Source: an uncultured virus (IMG/VR IMGVR_UViG_2061766007_000587)
Taxonomy: Duplodnaviria > Heunggongvirae > Uroviricota > Caudoviricetes
Reading direction: 5' to 3' (one strand)
Virus record (IMG/VR): IMGVR_UViG_2061766007_000587
Length of the DNA stretch: 54,073 nucleotides
This document shows, piece by piece, positions 38,054-47,670 of this stretch. The notes beneath the pieces were generated by a model. That model was given only the letters and a program-made list of their open reading frames with translations. It was not told where the DNA came from and ran no database searches. The translations under genes and the position numbers were made by a program. The stretch's first letter is position 1. Every line of letters starts with the position of its first letter.

Positions 38054-40248
38054 TCTCTGATGTTTTGATTAAATTATATGATTTTCGTCAAACAGGTTTT
38101 GGGTTGGCGGAATTGATACGCTCTGCGTGTGATTTATTTGATTTTCTCAAAGATCAAGAACTTTCTGATGCCGATATTCAGTTTTTGTTTTTTATTGCTA
38201 ATACTATAGGCGTTCCACAGTATTATTCAATGTTACAGACCAAATTCAATAGAGATACCGATGTGCCAGATTTGACGTTAGATACTCTTGATATTGCGTG
38301 TAAAACTGCAGAATTAACAATTGCTGATCGTGTGTTACACAAATTTCAAAAGGAAATATTAGATTTGTATCAGAAAGATCAAGTAAATAAATATTTTTTA
38401 TCGGCAAGTACTTCCTTTGGAAAAACGTATTTGATGTATGAAATAATAAAGAAAAAACAATATAAAAACATTCTTTTGATCTTTCCAACAATAGCTTTAT
38501 TATCAGAGAATTACGAAAAAATCATATCTGATCCAGATTTACAAAACTATGCTGTTCATACTTTAAGTCAAAATGCTAATAGGGTAAATGAATATAATAT
38601 CTTCATATTTACCCCGGAACGATATTTATCTTTTGTTGAAAACAACGGCAATCAAGACATGGATTTTGTGTTTGTGGATGAAGTTTATAAATTGGATAAT
38701 GATTTTATTGTAGATGAAGAACAGCAAGAGAACGAGAGAGATACTGCATACAGGTTAGCACTATTTTTTAGTAATTTAAAATCAGATATAGATGTTTTTC
38801 TGTGTGGACCTTATATTGATATAGTCCCAGAATCTTCGTTCGCGAGATTTTTAGAAGATAATAATATAAAGACATTAGATTATAATAATCTCGAGTTAGT
38901 TAATAAAAACACAAATACATATAACGGAAAAAAAGAAGAACGATTATTAGAAAATTTAAAGCAAATTATTTTAAGAAATGAAAACGCATTAGTATATTGC
39001 CAAGATCCAGCTACTGCAGAAAAATATTCAAGAAAAATAATAGACCATAAGCTAGATATCTGTATAAATCTCACTGATGAGTTTGAGATCTTTATCAAAC
39101 ATTTAGAAAAAACATATGGCTCAGAATGGACGCTTGTAAAATGCTTGAAAAATGGTGTGGCCTTCCATCATGGGCTTGTGCCGAAATATATTCAAAAAGA
39201 CATCGTCAATTTTTTTAACCAAGGCGTCATAAAAGTTTTGTTGTCAACAACAACAATCACAGAAGGGGTAAACACAAGTGCAAAAAATATGATAATTTTG
39301 CATTGCAAGAAAGGGCAAAAGAAATTAAAAAAATTTGATGCACAAAATATCGCAGGACGAGCGGGAAGGTTTTTAGAACATTATTCCGGAAATGTTATAA
39401 TGTTAGATAAAGAGATAAAAAATATTTTAGAAGATCCTACACAAAACATTTTGAGGCACAAGAATTACGAGTTAGAATCTCAAAAAAATCCGTGCGATAT
39501 TTTAAATGTGGATGAAAAATATTTGAATGACGTCGATTTAGATTTAAAACGCAAGACAATATCTTTAATAAGATTGTATTCTTTCCCTTCGTATGTTGTA
39601 GAACGAAGTCGAGTTTTTAGCGTTTATGATAAGGTTACAATGTATGAAGCGTTAAAAGCCTTAACTGAAGAAGATCTTGAAAAAATAAAAATTTTTATGG
39701 ATGGGTTGCAGCAGTCGCTATATATAGACCAAAATGGTTTTGAGATAATTGTAGGTGTATTTAGACAAATGGATATCAAAGATACTAATTTGCGATATTT
39801 TTTTGATTACTCTAAAACAACACGTGTTTCTAGATTGTATTATGCTATATCAAAGTATTTGATGTATGGCTTTGAAGGAACTGTTGATTATCATATACAG
39901 CATCATGATACAGTTGACGAATCCATAAGAAAGGCGTCTCGTACTATTTTTAATACATTTAAATATGGGTTGGTGAAATATTTGTCGTTATTCGACTTAA
40001 TGTATAAACATTATATTAGTTTTGAGAAAAACACCTCTTTTGACAAAATAAATGGATTAGAGGCACTGATATTCAAACTTGAATATAATGCTCAGACGCC
40101 AAAAGGTCTTGTAGCTAGTGATTATGGGGCTCCAAATAAGGTTATTAAATATTTTGATGGTCAAATTAAATTGTCTGATTTGGATGACTATGAAATGACT
40201 TTTATTGACAAGATTGAAAATTTAGTTTCTAAGGTTACAGAAGAGTGA
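38029..40248 (+). CDS. hamB: Hachiman HamB Ski2-like DEAD/H helicase
   Basis: SASTSFGKT, FTPER, FVDEVYK, GVAFHHG, TTTITEGVN, NIAGRAGR. Confidence 0.82.
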   Translation: MDKNKTGLISDVLIKLYDFRQTGFGLAELIRSACDLFDFLKDQELSDADIQFLFFIANTIGVPQYYSMLQTKFNRDTDVPDLTLDTLDIACKTAELTIADRVLHKFQKEILDLYQKDQVNKYFLSASTSFGKTYLMYEIIKKKQYKNILLIFPTIALLSENYEKIISDPDLQNYAVHTLSQNANRVNEYNIFIFTPERYLSFVENNGNQDMDFVFVDEVYKLDNDFIVDEEQQENERDTAYRLALFFSNLKSDIDVFLCGPYIDIVPESSFARFLEDNNIKTLDYNNLELVNKNTNTYNGKKEERLLENLKQIILRNENALVYCQDPATAEKYSRKIIDHKLDICINLTDEFEIFIKHLEKTYGSEWTLVKCLKNGVAFHHGLVPKYIQKDIVNFFNQGVIKVLLSTTTITEGVNTSAKNMIILHCKKGQKKLKKFDAQNIAGRAGRFLEHYSGNVIMLDKEIKNILEDPTQNILRHKNYELESQKNPCDILNVDEKYLNDVDLDLKRKTISLIRLYSFPSYVVERSRVFSVYDKVTMYEALKALTEEDLEKIKIFMDGLQQSLYIDQNGFEIIVGVFRQMDIKDTNLRYFFDYSKTTRVSRLYYAISKYLMYGFEGTVDYHIQHHDTVDESIRKASRTIFNTFKYGLVKYLSLFDLMYKHYISFEKNTSFDKINGLEALIFKLEYNAQTPKGLVASDYGAPNKVIKYFDGQIKLSDLDDYEMTFIDKIENLVSKVTEE

Positions 40249-40385
40249 TATTTTCTAAAAAACGGCAATAAAATACGATGTAAATATTTAACTATAATTA
40301 ATAGAAATAAACCAATCTAGTTGGATTTTAGTAGGATTAGGAAAACGGGTTCCAAAGCTTTGTGCTCTGAAACCCGCAGAATTCC

Positions 40386-40431
40386 TGGCTCGGGCAACTG
40401 GACTCGAACCAGTGACATACGGATTAACAGT
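40386..40431 (-). other. 3' half of tRNA-Asn(GTT) acting as an att junction; not an intact tRNA
   Basis: Minus strand ACTGTTAATCCGTATGTCACTGGTTCGAGTCCAGTTGCCCGAGCCA has anticodon loop, T-arm and CCA; 5' half absent. Confidence 0.9.
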
Positions 40432-40703
40432 AATTCATCAATAAAGATTTATTTAAATGTGTTTCAGTGTAAACCTGACCTCCTGTATTCCGCAGAAATC
40501 TAAGGTGTTTTGAGGTTTGACCTTAGTGCAAAAACACCCGAAAATACACCAAGACGTTTTCCATTGTTGTCCCAAAATATACACTCAGTATAATCTTTTT
40601 TTTGCTAGTCAAAAAAGCTTTACAAAGTGCGAAATTATTGGATATTTCTGCAATGACTTTTGCTCTTTATTTGGTTAAATGCAAGTATAAAAAGGAGCAA
40701 AAA

Positions 40704-40892
40704 ATGACAGATAAATTATTATCACCAAAACAGCTTGCCAACTACCTTGGCGTGGGGCTTACTACACTTGCATCATATAGAAAAGATGGGATCGGGCCTG
40801 AATACCTAAAAATAGGACATTTGGTTAGATATCGATTTTCTGATGTAGAAAATTGGTTAAAGACTAAAGAAAAACAACTTTTGGAAAAATAG
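40704..40892 (+). CDS. Excisionase/AlpA-like HTH protein
   Basis: LLSPKQLANYLGVGLTTLASYR...GPEYLKIGHLVRYRFSDVENWL. Confidence 0.88.
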   Translation: MTDKLLSPKQLANYLGVGLTTLASYRKDGIGPEYLKIGHLVRYRFSDVENWLKTKEKQLLEK

Positions 40893-40900
40893 TTCATTTT

Positions 40901-40955
40901 TCACTGGACTTGTTGATTTGTTCGGGTATGTGTTGTGTCGTAAACTAAGAGGTGA
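40901..40955 (+). repeat. 55-bp promoter+RBS direct repeat, copy 1
   Basis: 47/55 identical to 42186-42240. Confidence 0.85.
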
Positions 40956-40958
40956 CAC

Positions 40959-42176
40959 ATGAAATGGCAGTGTTCAACAAAAGCATTTAGAGATGTCTGG
41001 ATCAAGAATTTGACCAGTGACTGTAATTTGCAAATTACAGACGGGACCATCCCAGGTTTAATATTAAGGTATTCGACAAACACCCATAAGATAAGTTTTT
41101 ATTTAGCTTATAGGAGCAAGGTAACGAAAAAGCGCAGAGTCATGCTTGTGGGTAAGTACGAAGATTTCAAATTGTCTGAAATTAAGGAACGTGCTCACGA
41201 TCTTAGAAAAATGATATTCCTGGGCCAAGACCCAATGGAGGAACAAGCAAAAGAAATCAAACAAAAACTGCAAGAACAGGAAGAACAAAAACCAGTGGAT
41301 GAGGTCTTTGCAGAATATCATGAAAAATATTCAAAAGTATATAAGAAACCATCTACCCAACGTTCTGATATCAATGAGTACAACTATTATATTAAGAAAC
41401 GATTTGGGGCAAGACCAATCAGAAGTATCGAAGAAAAAGACATTGCAGATGCATATACTGACTGGGCCAAGGCGACATCGTTTTCAACAGCAAACAAGAT
41501 TATGTCGCTGTTCTCGAGTATGTGGGAATGGGCTGTAACGTATAAATACGTCCCACGAGGCAGCAACCCTTGTCAATATATAAAGAAAGGTTCAAACGAG
41601 AAATTTAAACCAACTGTATTAGACATAGACGGATATCAACGATTGTTTAAATCATTAGACAAGGGTATGAGAGAAACCAGAATGCACAAACGGTTCTTCA
41701 GAGCATTAAAGCTGTTGGCATTAACCGGATGCAGATGTTCAGAAATAACAGACCTTGAATTAGATGAAGTAGATCTAGAGAGAAAGATGATACGTTTGAA
41801 TGATAGTAAGACTGGTGCCAGAAATGTAAAGTTATCCGATGCTGCAGTAACAGAATTAACAAAGGCTGTTGCGGAGGCACAAAAAATGAAGAGTACAAAG
41901 TATGTATTCCCAGGGGTACTTGATAAAAACAAACCAATTTCAAATGTAACCAAACCGTTCGAATGGGCGTTAAAAGATGCGGGTTTGCAACATATGCGAA
42001 TACACGATCTGCGACATTCGTTCATCACCATGGGGGCAACCATGGGCGAAAATATGAATGCGCTGAAAGATGCAGCCGGACATACCAAAATCACAACAAC
42101 AGAAATGTACACGCACGTGGGGGATGCCTGCACGTTTAATGCTGTAAATCACATCGCAGATGCTATTTACAAATAA
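40959..42176 (+). CDS. int: Prophage tyrosine integrase
   Basis: Arm-binding N-terminus; TGCRCSEI, SKTG, HDLRHS, AGH, MYTH. Confidence 0.95.
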   Translation: MKWQCSTKAFRDVWIKNLTSDCNLQITDGTIPGLILRYSTNTHKISFYLAYRSKVTKKRRVMLVGKYEDFKLSEIKERAHDLRKMIFLGQDPMEEQAKEIKQKLQEQEEQKPVDEVFAEYHEKYSKVYKKPSTQRSDINEYNYYIKKRFGARPIRSIEEKDIADAYTDWAKATSFSTANKIMSLFSSMWEWAVTYKYVPRGSNPCQYIKKGSNEKFKPTVLDIDGYQRLFKSLDKGMRETRMHKRFFRALKLLALTGCRCSEITDLELDEVDLERKMIRLNDSKTGARNVKLSDAAVTELTKAVAEAQKMKSTKYVFPGVLDKNKPISNVTKPFEWALKDAGLQHMRIHDLRHSFITMGATMGENMNALKDAAGHTKITTTEMYTHVGDACTFNAVNHIADAIYK

Positions 42177-42185
42177 GTGTCTTAT

Positions 42186-42240
42186 TCGCTGGACTTGTTG
42201 ATTTCTTTGGGTATGTTGTGTGTCGAAAAACAAGAGGTGA
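42186..42240 (+). repeat. 55-bp promoter+RBS direct repeat, copy 2
   Basis: 47/55 identical to 40901-40955. Confidence 0.85.
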
Positions 42241-42244
42241 TGCT

Positions 42245-42493
42245 ATGAAACGCAATAAAAACATATACTTAGCTGCACTGGCACATGCGATAACAACCAA
42301 CGTTGGACTGGAAAATATCTGCTTTGCGCTGGGTTGTGAATACGTCAGTGAAAGTCATGCATATTGTTGGCTTGAAGAGGGTCGCACCGAAAGGGAAATT
42401 ATAACATTGTTACGTGCGATTGGATACGAAATACCCAAGTATATAAAGGGTTCAACACAAATCAAATTCGACACCACAGTACAAGAGGAATAA
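42245..42493 (+). CDS. Phage hypothetical protein
   Basis: GAGGTG RBS; similar to the N-terminus of 43635-44066. Confidence 0.7.
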   Translation: MKRNKNIYLAALAHAITTNVGLENICFALGCEYVSESHAYCWLEEGRTEREIITLLRAIGYEIPKYIKGSTQIKFDTTVQEE

Positions 42494-42495
42494 CT

Positions 42496-43056
42496 ATGTT
42501 AGAGATCAACAAGCAATTTGGTTATTACGGTACAATGAAGAACCAATACAAGGATAAAAAGCAGTTGGAAATTATTTGGGAAACAACAGTGAAACGTTTC
42601 CAAATAATATACCCAGAAAAAAGCAAATCAGAAATATATGAATTCTTGAATGCAAAGACGGGACGACATTTCGCGGATGAAATTCTGGACGGTATCGGAT
42701 CGTTAACATATGCAGTTGTACTGATGAGGATAGCACTGTTGGACAAATTAAGGCTGGATAAGTGGTGGGCATATCATCATGGATGTTCACCGATTCCGGT
42801 GCCGATAGATAAAAAGTTGCTTTATAAAACAGCAATTAAAAGCAAAATGAAAAAAGCATGGGTGCAAAAACTGATGAAGAGAGTGCTTGGCTGTGAACAT
42901 GATGTGGTATGGTATCACCCAGATCTTTGGTTAGACGCAGATAGTACAGATGAGCAAGAGTTAGAAATGATGTGGGCATATATACAGGTAGAACTAAACA
43001 AAAGGACCAAACATGGAAACGATACAGAGTTTAGAAAGGAAACTGGCTCGTGCTAA
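42496..43056 (+). CDS. Phage hypothetical protein
   Basis: GAGGA RBS; FGYYGTM...EFLNAKTGRHFADE. Confidence 0.7.
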   Translation: MLEINKQFGYYGTMKNQYKDKKQLEIIWETTVKRFQIIYPEKSKSEIYEFLNAKTGRHFADEILDGIGSLTYAVVLMRIALLDKLRLDKWWAYHHGCSPIPVPIDKKLLYKTAIKSKMKKAWVQKLMKRVLGCEHDVVWYHPDLWLDADSTDEQELEMMWAYIQVELNKRTKHGNDTEFRKETGSC

Positions 43057-43396
43057 ACAACACGAGCCTGTGGAGGCCAAATACCCANNNNNNNNNNNNN
43101 NGAAGAAAAGACCAAATTCAAACAAGAACAAGATGCACAGACATCGTATCAAGACCACCTGGACTTGCTACGTAAATGGTTTGGAATTGTATTTATAAAT
43201 AACGAATAAAAAGGAAAAGTTATGCACGAAGATGTATGGAAAACCAGAACAAGACTCACAGAACNNNNNNNNNNAAAGAAAAAACAGAATTCAAACGAGA
43301 ACAAGATGCACAGACATCGTATCAAGGCCACCTGGACTTGCTACGTAAATGGTTTGGAATCGTATTTATAAATAACGAATAAAAAAGGAAAAAGTT

Positions 43397-43621
43397 ATGC
43401 ACGAAGATGTATGGAAAACCAGAACAAGACTCACAGAACAGGAACTTGCTGATTATTGGGGTATGAAAATAAATACGTTACGCAAATGGCGATCTAATGG
43501 TGTTGGGCCTACATATATAAAAATAGGCGGACATGTTATCTATACCAAGGAAGATATTGAAAAGTATGAGCAGGCAAGAAAATATCGCGCACCAAATCAT
43601 CGTATCTTGCCACCAGTTTAA
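43397..43621 (+). CDS. AlpA-like HTH protein
   Basis: LTEQELADYWGMKINTLRKWRSNGVGPTYIKIGGHVIY. Confidence 0.85.
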   Translation: MHEDVWKTRTRLTEQELADYWGMKINTLRKWRSNGVGPTYIKIGGHVIYTKEDIEKYEQARKYRAPNHRILPPV

Positions 43622-43634
43622 AAGGACAAACAAC

Positions 43635-44066
43635 ATGAAAACTAAAAGTTTATATGCTGCTGCATTATACAGCGAACTTCATCATAATGATAGTATGGAC
43701 AGATTTTGTAAATTATTTGATAACATATCTGATGCGTTTGCATGGACCCAGAAAGAGCATACGGATGAAGAAATAGCAGAGATATTGTCAAAACTTGGAT
43801 ATAAAATAGAGGTAAAAAAAACAATGGATAAGACAGTCAAACCAAAAGAAACTAATGTGTCAAAAAAGGTATCAAAAACCACACAACGGTTAATGACACC
43901 TAAAGAGGCAGCTGCATATTTAGGAACAACAATAAGTTCGTTATGTAATTGGCGGCATCTTGGCAGACATGATCTGCCATTCGTGCGCTGGGGACGATGT
44001 GTTCGTTATCGCAGAGAAGATCTGGATGCTTGGATTCAATCACATGTCGTTGCAAAACAGGATTAA
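43635..44066 (+). CDS. Two-domain protein with C-terminal excisionase-like HTH
   Basis: LMTPKEAAAYLG...PFVRWGRCVRYRREDLDAWI. Confidence 0.8.
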   Translation: MKTKSLYAAALYSELHHNDSMDRFCKLFDNISDAFAWTQKEHTDEEIAEILSKLGYKIEVKKTMDKTVKPKETNVSKKVSKTTQRLMTPKEAAAYLGTTISSLCNWRHLGRHDLPFVRWGRCVRYRREDLDAWIQSHVVAKQD

Positions 44067-44068
44067 AA

Positions 44069-44377
44069 ATGAACTACAGAAAAACATTAGAGGAAGAACT
44101 AAAAGCTTGCGAAGATAATCTCGACTTTTTCGAAGAACAAATCAGAAAGATAAACGAGAATTTCGACAGACAAGATATTCAGCCATGTATAGAACATGAG
44201 CAGGGTTACTATGATGGTTTGACATTTGCCTTACGTGAATCCAAAAAGCGTATTGAACCAAAAACAATTATAAGAATTATCAGAATATTTGTACGAAAAA
44301 AGTATGGCGAGAATGAGGTCAATAATCAGTCTTGGAATATCAAAGCACTTGCCATTGAAATAGCAAACAAGTTATAA
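44069..44377 (+). CDS. Phage hypothetical protein
   Basis: Coupled ORF, coiled-coil N-terminus. Confidence 0.6.
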   Translation: MNYRKTLEEELKACEDNLDFFEEQIRKINENFDRQDIQPCIEHEQGYYDGLTFALRESKKRIEPKTIIRIIRIFVRKKYGENEVNNQSWNIKALAIEIANKL

Positions 44378-44609
44378 AACACCCCAGAGGAAAAGTTGCC
44401 TAGGACTTAAATCTTATTGGGAGGGAAAGTAGTCATATTATAACACACACAGCGGAAAAATCAACCGGTCCAGATTTTATTTTTCACAGGTATTCTTTCC
44501 TGTTGAAAAGAATAAAAACTTATTGTATTTTTCAAATAAATAAGGAAAGGAGTTGCCCTTTGTGGTGACCCCTTTTTCATTTGTAGGAACACACAACAAA
44601 AGGACGTTC

Positions 44610-45290
44610 ATGTCAGGATTGGACATCCCAGTAGAGTTCTTGGATGTAGAGGACTTAGCACAACGTTGGAAATGTAGAATATCTACAATAGAATCGTTGG
44701 CAGAAACGGATAAAATAAAATTCTGTTTGCGACCTGCAGCATTAGAGATTGCACTGGCAAGGACACCACCAGAAACATATACTACCATGGTCCAAAAATT
44801 AGCCAGCTTGTACATAGACCATAGATATGTGTACTTGATGTTTAAGAACAAGGAACACAAAATAGAAGTTGCTCGCATCGGCAATATAGATGTGAAAGAA
44901 ATCCTAAAAGATCCACTGCGTGTGGATTTTTTTGATCTTGTAATTCCTATTACACAAGTAGAAGATTTTGAGTTTATAAATGGCACCAGCAATCCACAAG
45001 AGTATGAATTCAATTTGTTGTCTGATGACTTTACGTGTTTTATATGGCATGGCCGAGAATATCAATTCGGGGAACAACAAGCCAAAGTGATAAAACGTTT
45101 GTGGCAGGCACGAGAAGATGGACATCCTTGGATGTACGGTAAACGAATACTGAAAGATATAGAATCAAGCGCGGACAGAATCAAAGATATTTTCAGTCAT
45201 AACAAGTATTGGCGCAGGATCATAAAATCTGATCAAAACGGAAAATACAAACTGAATTTGCCGCCAAAACAATTGACACTATTTAGTTAA
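44610..45290 (+). CDS. Phage regulator candidate with N-terminal HTH-like and C-terminal winged-helix-like regions
   Basis: LDVEDLAQRW; WHGREYQFGEQQAKVIKRLW. Confidence 0.65.
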   Translation: MSGLDIPVEFLDVEDLAQRWKCRISTIESLAETDKIKFCLRPAALEIALARTPPETYTTMVQKLASLYIDHRYVYLMFKNKEHKIEVARIGNIDVKEILKDPLRVDFFDLVIPITQVEDFEFINGTSNPQEYEFNLLSDDFTCFIWHGREYQFGEQQAKVIKRLWQAREDGHPWMYGKRILKDIESSADRIKDIFSHNKYWRRIIKSDQNGKYKLNLPPKQLTLFS

Positions 45291-45539
45291 GATATCTGCC
45301 AAACTGATGGGTTTACGTTTGTGGCCATGTTGCATAATAACGCCACTAACAGTGCGATCCACAGTATCATAAGAAATCATATACGTGTAATATTCACCAT
45401 CAATAGAAACATTCAAAGCACGAACCCCCGGGTTTTGTTGAACCGCTTCATCAATTTTTGCTTTGATAAAATCTATCGTAAATTTATCCATGTCCAGATC
45501 ATAGTAAAAACAACGAATTGTTTCAAGTGTTTCGGACAT
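45279..45539 (-). CDS. Hypothetical protein
   Basis: ORF from MSETLE, convergent with 44610-45290. Confidence 0.5.
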   Translation of the reverse strand: MSETLETIRCFYYDLDMDKFTIDFIKAKIDEAVQQNPGVRALNVSIDGEYYTYMISYDTVDRTVSGVIMQHGHKRKPISLADILTK

Positions 45540-45636
45540 CCCCCACCAGAGCTCCCACTCAGCCCCCACTCAGCTCCCTCTTAGCCCCCACTTGGCTCCC
45601 CAAGGCGTCCCAATCTTCCCCCAGAACCCCCACCGA
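45540..45636. repeat. C-rich degenerate 11-bp tandem array
   Basis: gctcccactca/gcccccactca/gctccctctta/gcccccacttg/gctccccaagg... Confidence 0.85.
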
Positions 45637-45697
45637 CAAACGAAAGATATCTGCCTAGACTTAAAGCATACAAAATCAACAACGAAAGGAGTTTTGT

Positions 45698-45931
45698 ATG
45701 GGAAATTTGCTACAAGAACAAGATAGGATTACTGAAGAAGAATTGGCTGGGTATTGGGGAATAAAAAAACAAACTTTGCAAAAATGGCGATCTCTTGGTT
45801 TCGGACCTGTTTATATCAAAATTGGTGCCAGAGTATTATATCCATCAAGTGCGATAATACAATATGAACGTGATCATCTGTATGCAGGAACAAGTAAAAA
45901 GATAGACGTAACAGATGGGGACAACAAATGA
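45698..45931 (+). CDS. AlpA-like HTH protein (paralogue of 43397-43621)
   Basis: ITEEELAGYWGIKKQTLQKWRSLGFGPVYIKIGARVLY. Confidence 0.85.
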   Translation: MGNLLQEQDRITEEELAGYWGIKKQTLQKWRSLGFGPVYIKIGARVLYPSSAIIQYERDHLYAGTSKKIDVTDGDNK

Positions 45932-46335
45932 ATAAACCAGCATCTGTTTGTCCTATGTGCGGACGTAAAATTACAGAGTATAAACACTCAATTAACAAAA
46001 CACTGGTGGAGTGCTTGGTAAGATTAAATGCGATGGGTGGTCGTGCTAGATTGGATAAGATGGGGCTGGACAATACGCATTTTAATAACTTCCAAAAACT
46101 TAGATATTTTGGTTTGGCAATACCAACAAATGATAACTATGAATGGCAAATCACAGATCGGGGTGTTTGGTTTTTGCAAGGTAGAGTGCAAATTCATAAA
46201 TCCGTAATAACCAGGAATGCACAGGTTATTCGTAAAAGTACAGAATTGGTATTCATCAACCAAGTAAAAGATTGTGTGAATTACAAAATTGAATGGCAGG
46301 ACCAAGCAAGACAACCAAATTTGTTTGATAAATAA
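45928..46335 (+). CDS. Phage hypothetical protein (CxxC plus winged-helix-like region)
   Basis: CPMCG; FQKLRYFGL...WQITDRG. Confidence 0.7.
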   Translation: MNKPASVCPMCGRKITEYKHSINKTLVECLVRLNAMGGRARLDKMGLDNTHFNNFQKLRYFGLAIPTNDNYEWQITDRGVWFLQGRVQIHKSVITRNAQVIRKSTELVFINQVKDCVNYKIEWQDQARQPNLFDK

Positions 46336-46344
46336 GGACATGAT

Positions 46345-46923
46345 ATGAAAATACTGTTAGATCCAAATATCGCGGTTTTAATCAAGGACATGTCAGACGC
46401 AGAATGTGCGGAAATACTCAAATGTATATTTGAATATCCAAATCGAGATTGTGAGATAGGCCTTTGGAAATACATCAAAACACAAATAGACAGAGATGCA
46501 AAAAAATACAAAGACAAGTGTGATCGTGCAGCGCATGCACGTGACACACAAACCCTTAAATTAGACCTTAAATCAGGTCTAAAATCAGACCTTATATCAG
46601 GGGTAGAGAAAAGTAGTATAGAAAATAATAATGAAAAATATATTGATATTGAAAAAGAAAGAGAAAGTAGTAATGCGAGTTTGTCTGTTGAAAAACCTGT
46701 TGAAAACTTTTTAATAAACGATTTTTTTAGTTTTCAAGAAATTGGAAAAACAATACCGGCGTTCACAAATTATTTAAAACAATTTCTGCCAACTGTGGTG
46801 AATAGAGCAGAACGAACATTAAAACAAAAACGTACAGGACAGCATCTGACAATGATGCAAATCATAGAATGGATTGAACAAGAACGAATTTTTTATCAAC
46901 AAACACATAAGGATGTAAAATGA
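46345..46923 (+). CDS. Putative replication initiator/replisome organiser (DUF6291-like N-terminus)
   Basis: MSDAECAEILKCIFEY...IKTQIDRDAKKY; low-complexity linker containing 12-bp repeats. Confidence 0.6.
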   Translation: MKILLDPNIAVLIKDMSDAECAEILKCIFEYPNRDCEIGLWKYIKTQIDRDAKKYKDKCDRAAHARDTQTLKLDLKSGLKSDLISGVEKSSIENNNEKYIDIEKERESSNASLSVEKPVENFLINDFFSFQEIGKTIPAFTNYLKQFLPTVVNRAERTLKQKRTGQHLTMMQIIEWIEQERIFYQQTHKDVK

Positions 46924-47363
46924 ATTTATCAACAATAAAATGGGATGCAGAAACAGTAAAGTATTGGCTTAGTATAGCGGCTTTGGTCGATAGAGCATTG
47001 CCACCGGTCCGAACTAAAAAATGCACTGGACAATATTGGCCAATTGTTCGTGAATGGTACGAATTTCTGTGGGATTCAGATAAAGAAGATTTAAAACCAA
47101 AGATTCAAGCAACAAATGAGCAGGTATCAATGTGGGAAGAGATTGTTTTGCGCTGGTTTAAATTGATAGATAGTGATAAAGACAAAAAGATAGTATGGTT
47201 ACGTTCTTGTGGAATGCCTTATAACAGAATTAGTAAAAGACTTGGATTCAGCAGACAGACGTTAACAATTAGATATAACAATGCGATAGAACGATTGGCG
47301 AAATCATTAAACGAGTTTTATCATCAAAAAGGTTCTGTTGAAACTTCAAACTATCGAGGGTAA
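46920..47363 (+). CDS. Late-gene regulator candidate (DUF6362/sigma region 4-like HTH)
   Basis: KIVWLRSCGMPYNRISKRLGFSRQT; position before the packaging genes. Confidence 0.65.
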   Translation: MNLSTIKWDAETVKYWLSIAALVDRALPPVRTKKCTGQYWPIVREWYEFLWDSDKEDLKPKIQATNEQVSMWEEIVLRWFKLIDSDKDKKIVWLRSCGMPYNRISKRLGFSRQTLTIRYNNAIERLAKSLNEFYHQKGSVETSNYRG

Positions 47364-47670
47364 CGGCGAGCAAAACACTTTGCTACACACAGAATAAAAA
47401 ATGTGTTCGCAGTTCGCACCTTGATCCTGCAATGACCAGAAATCAGGGATTCATTATTGTGCGGCAAATGCGAACACATTTATCTGTAATTAAATCAAAA
47501 AATATCCAAAATTTTATATTTATTTATAAGTAAAAACAATCAAATGATAAGATATAAGAAAATGTAAAGAATCTTTGCCTTTACACTTTTGCCAAAAAAG
47601 CATAGTATTTTCGATATAATAGGACACTGATATACGAACCACCGCAAAGGTGGTTTTTTTAATAAGCAAA

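Larger units (their letters stand above)
5765..40431. mobile_element. Integrative genomic (defence) island of about 34.7 kb
   Basis: Bounded by the tRNA-Asn direct repeat; contains tyrosine integrase, excisionase-like HTHs and defence cargo; host genes stop at the left boundary. Confidence 0.8.

Noticed and set aside
40386..40460. Intact tRNA-Asn gene
   Set aside because: Only the anticodon loop to CCA is present; upstream sequence cannot form the D-arm or acceptor stem
43088..43440. Tandem duplication of about 160 bp
   Set aside because: Copies are separated by N gaps and are near-identical; probably an assembly artefact
45540..45636. CRISPR array
   Set aside because: Short tandem units with no unique spacers; no cas operon in the window (the DUF2779 protein is only Cas4-like)
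45289..45655. 12-bp direct repeat aagatatctgcc as a target-site duplication
   Set aside because: No transposase or terminal repeats between the copies; may be chance
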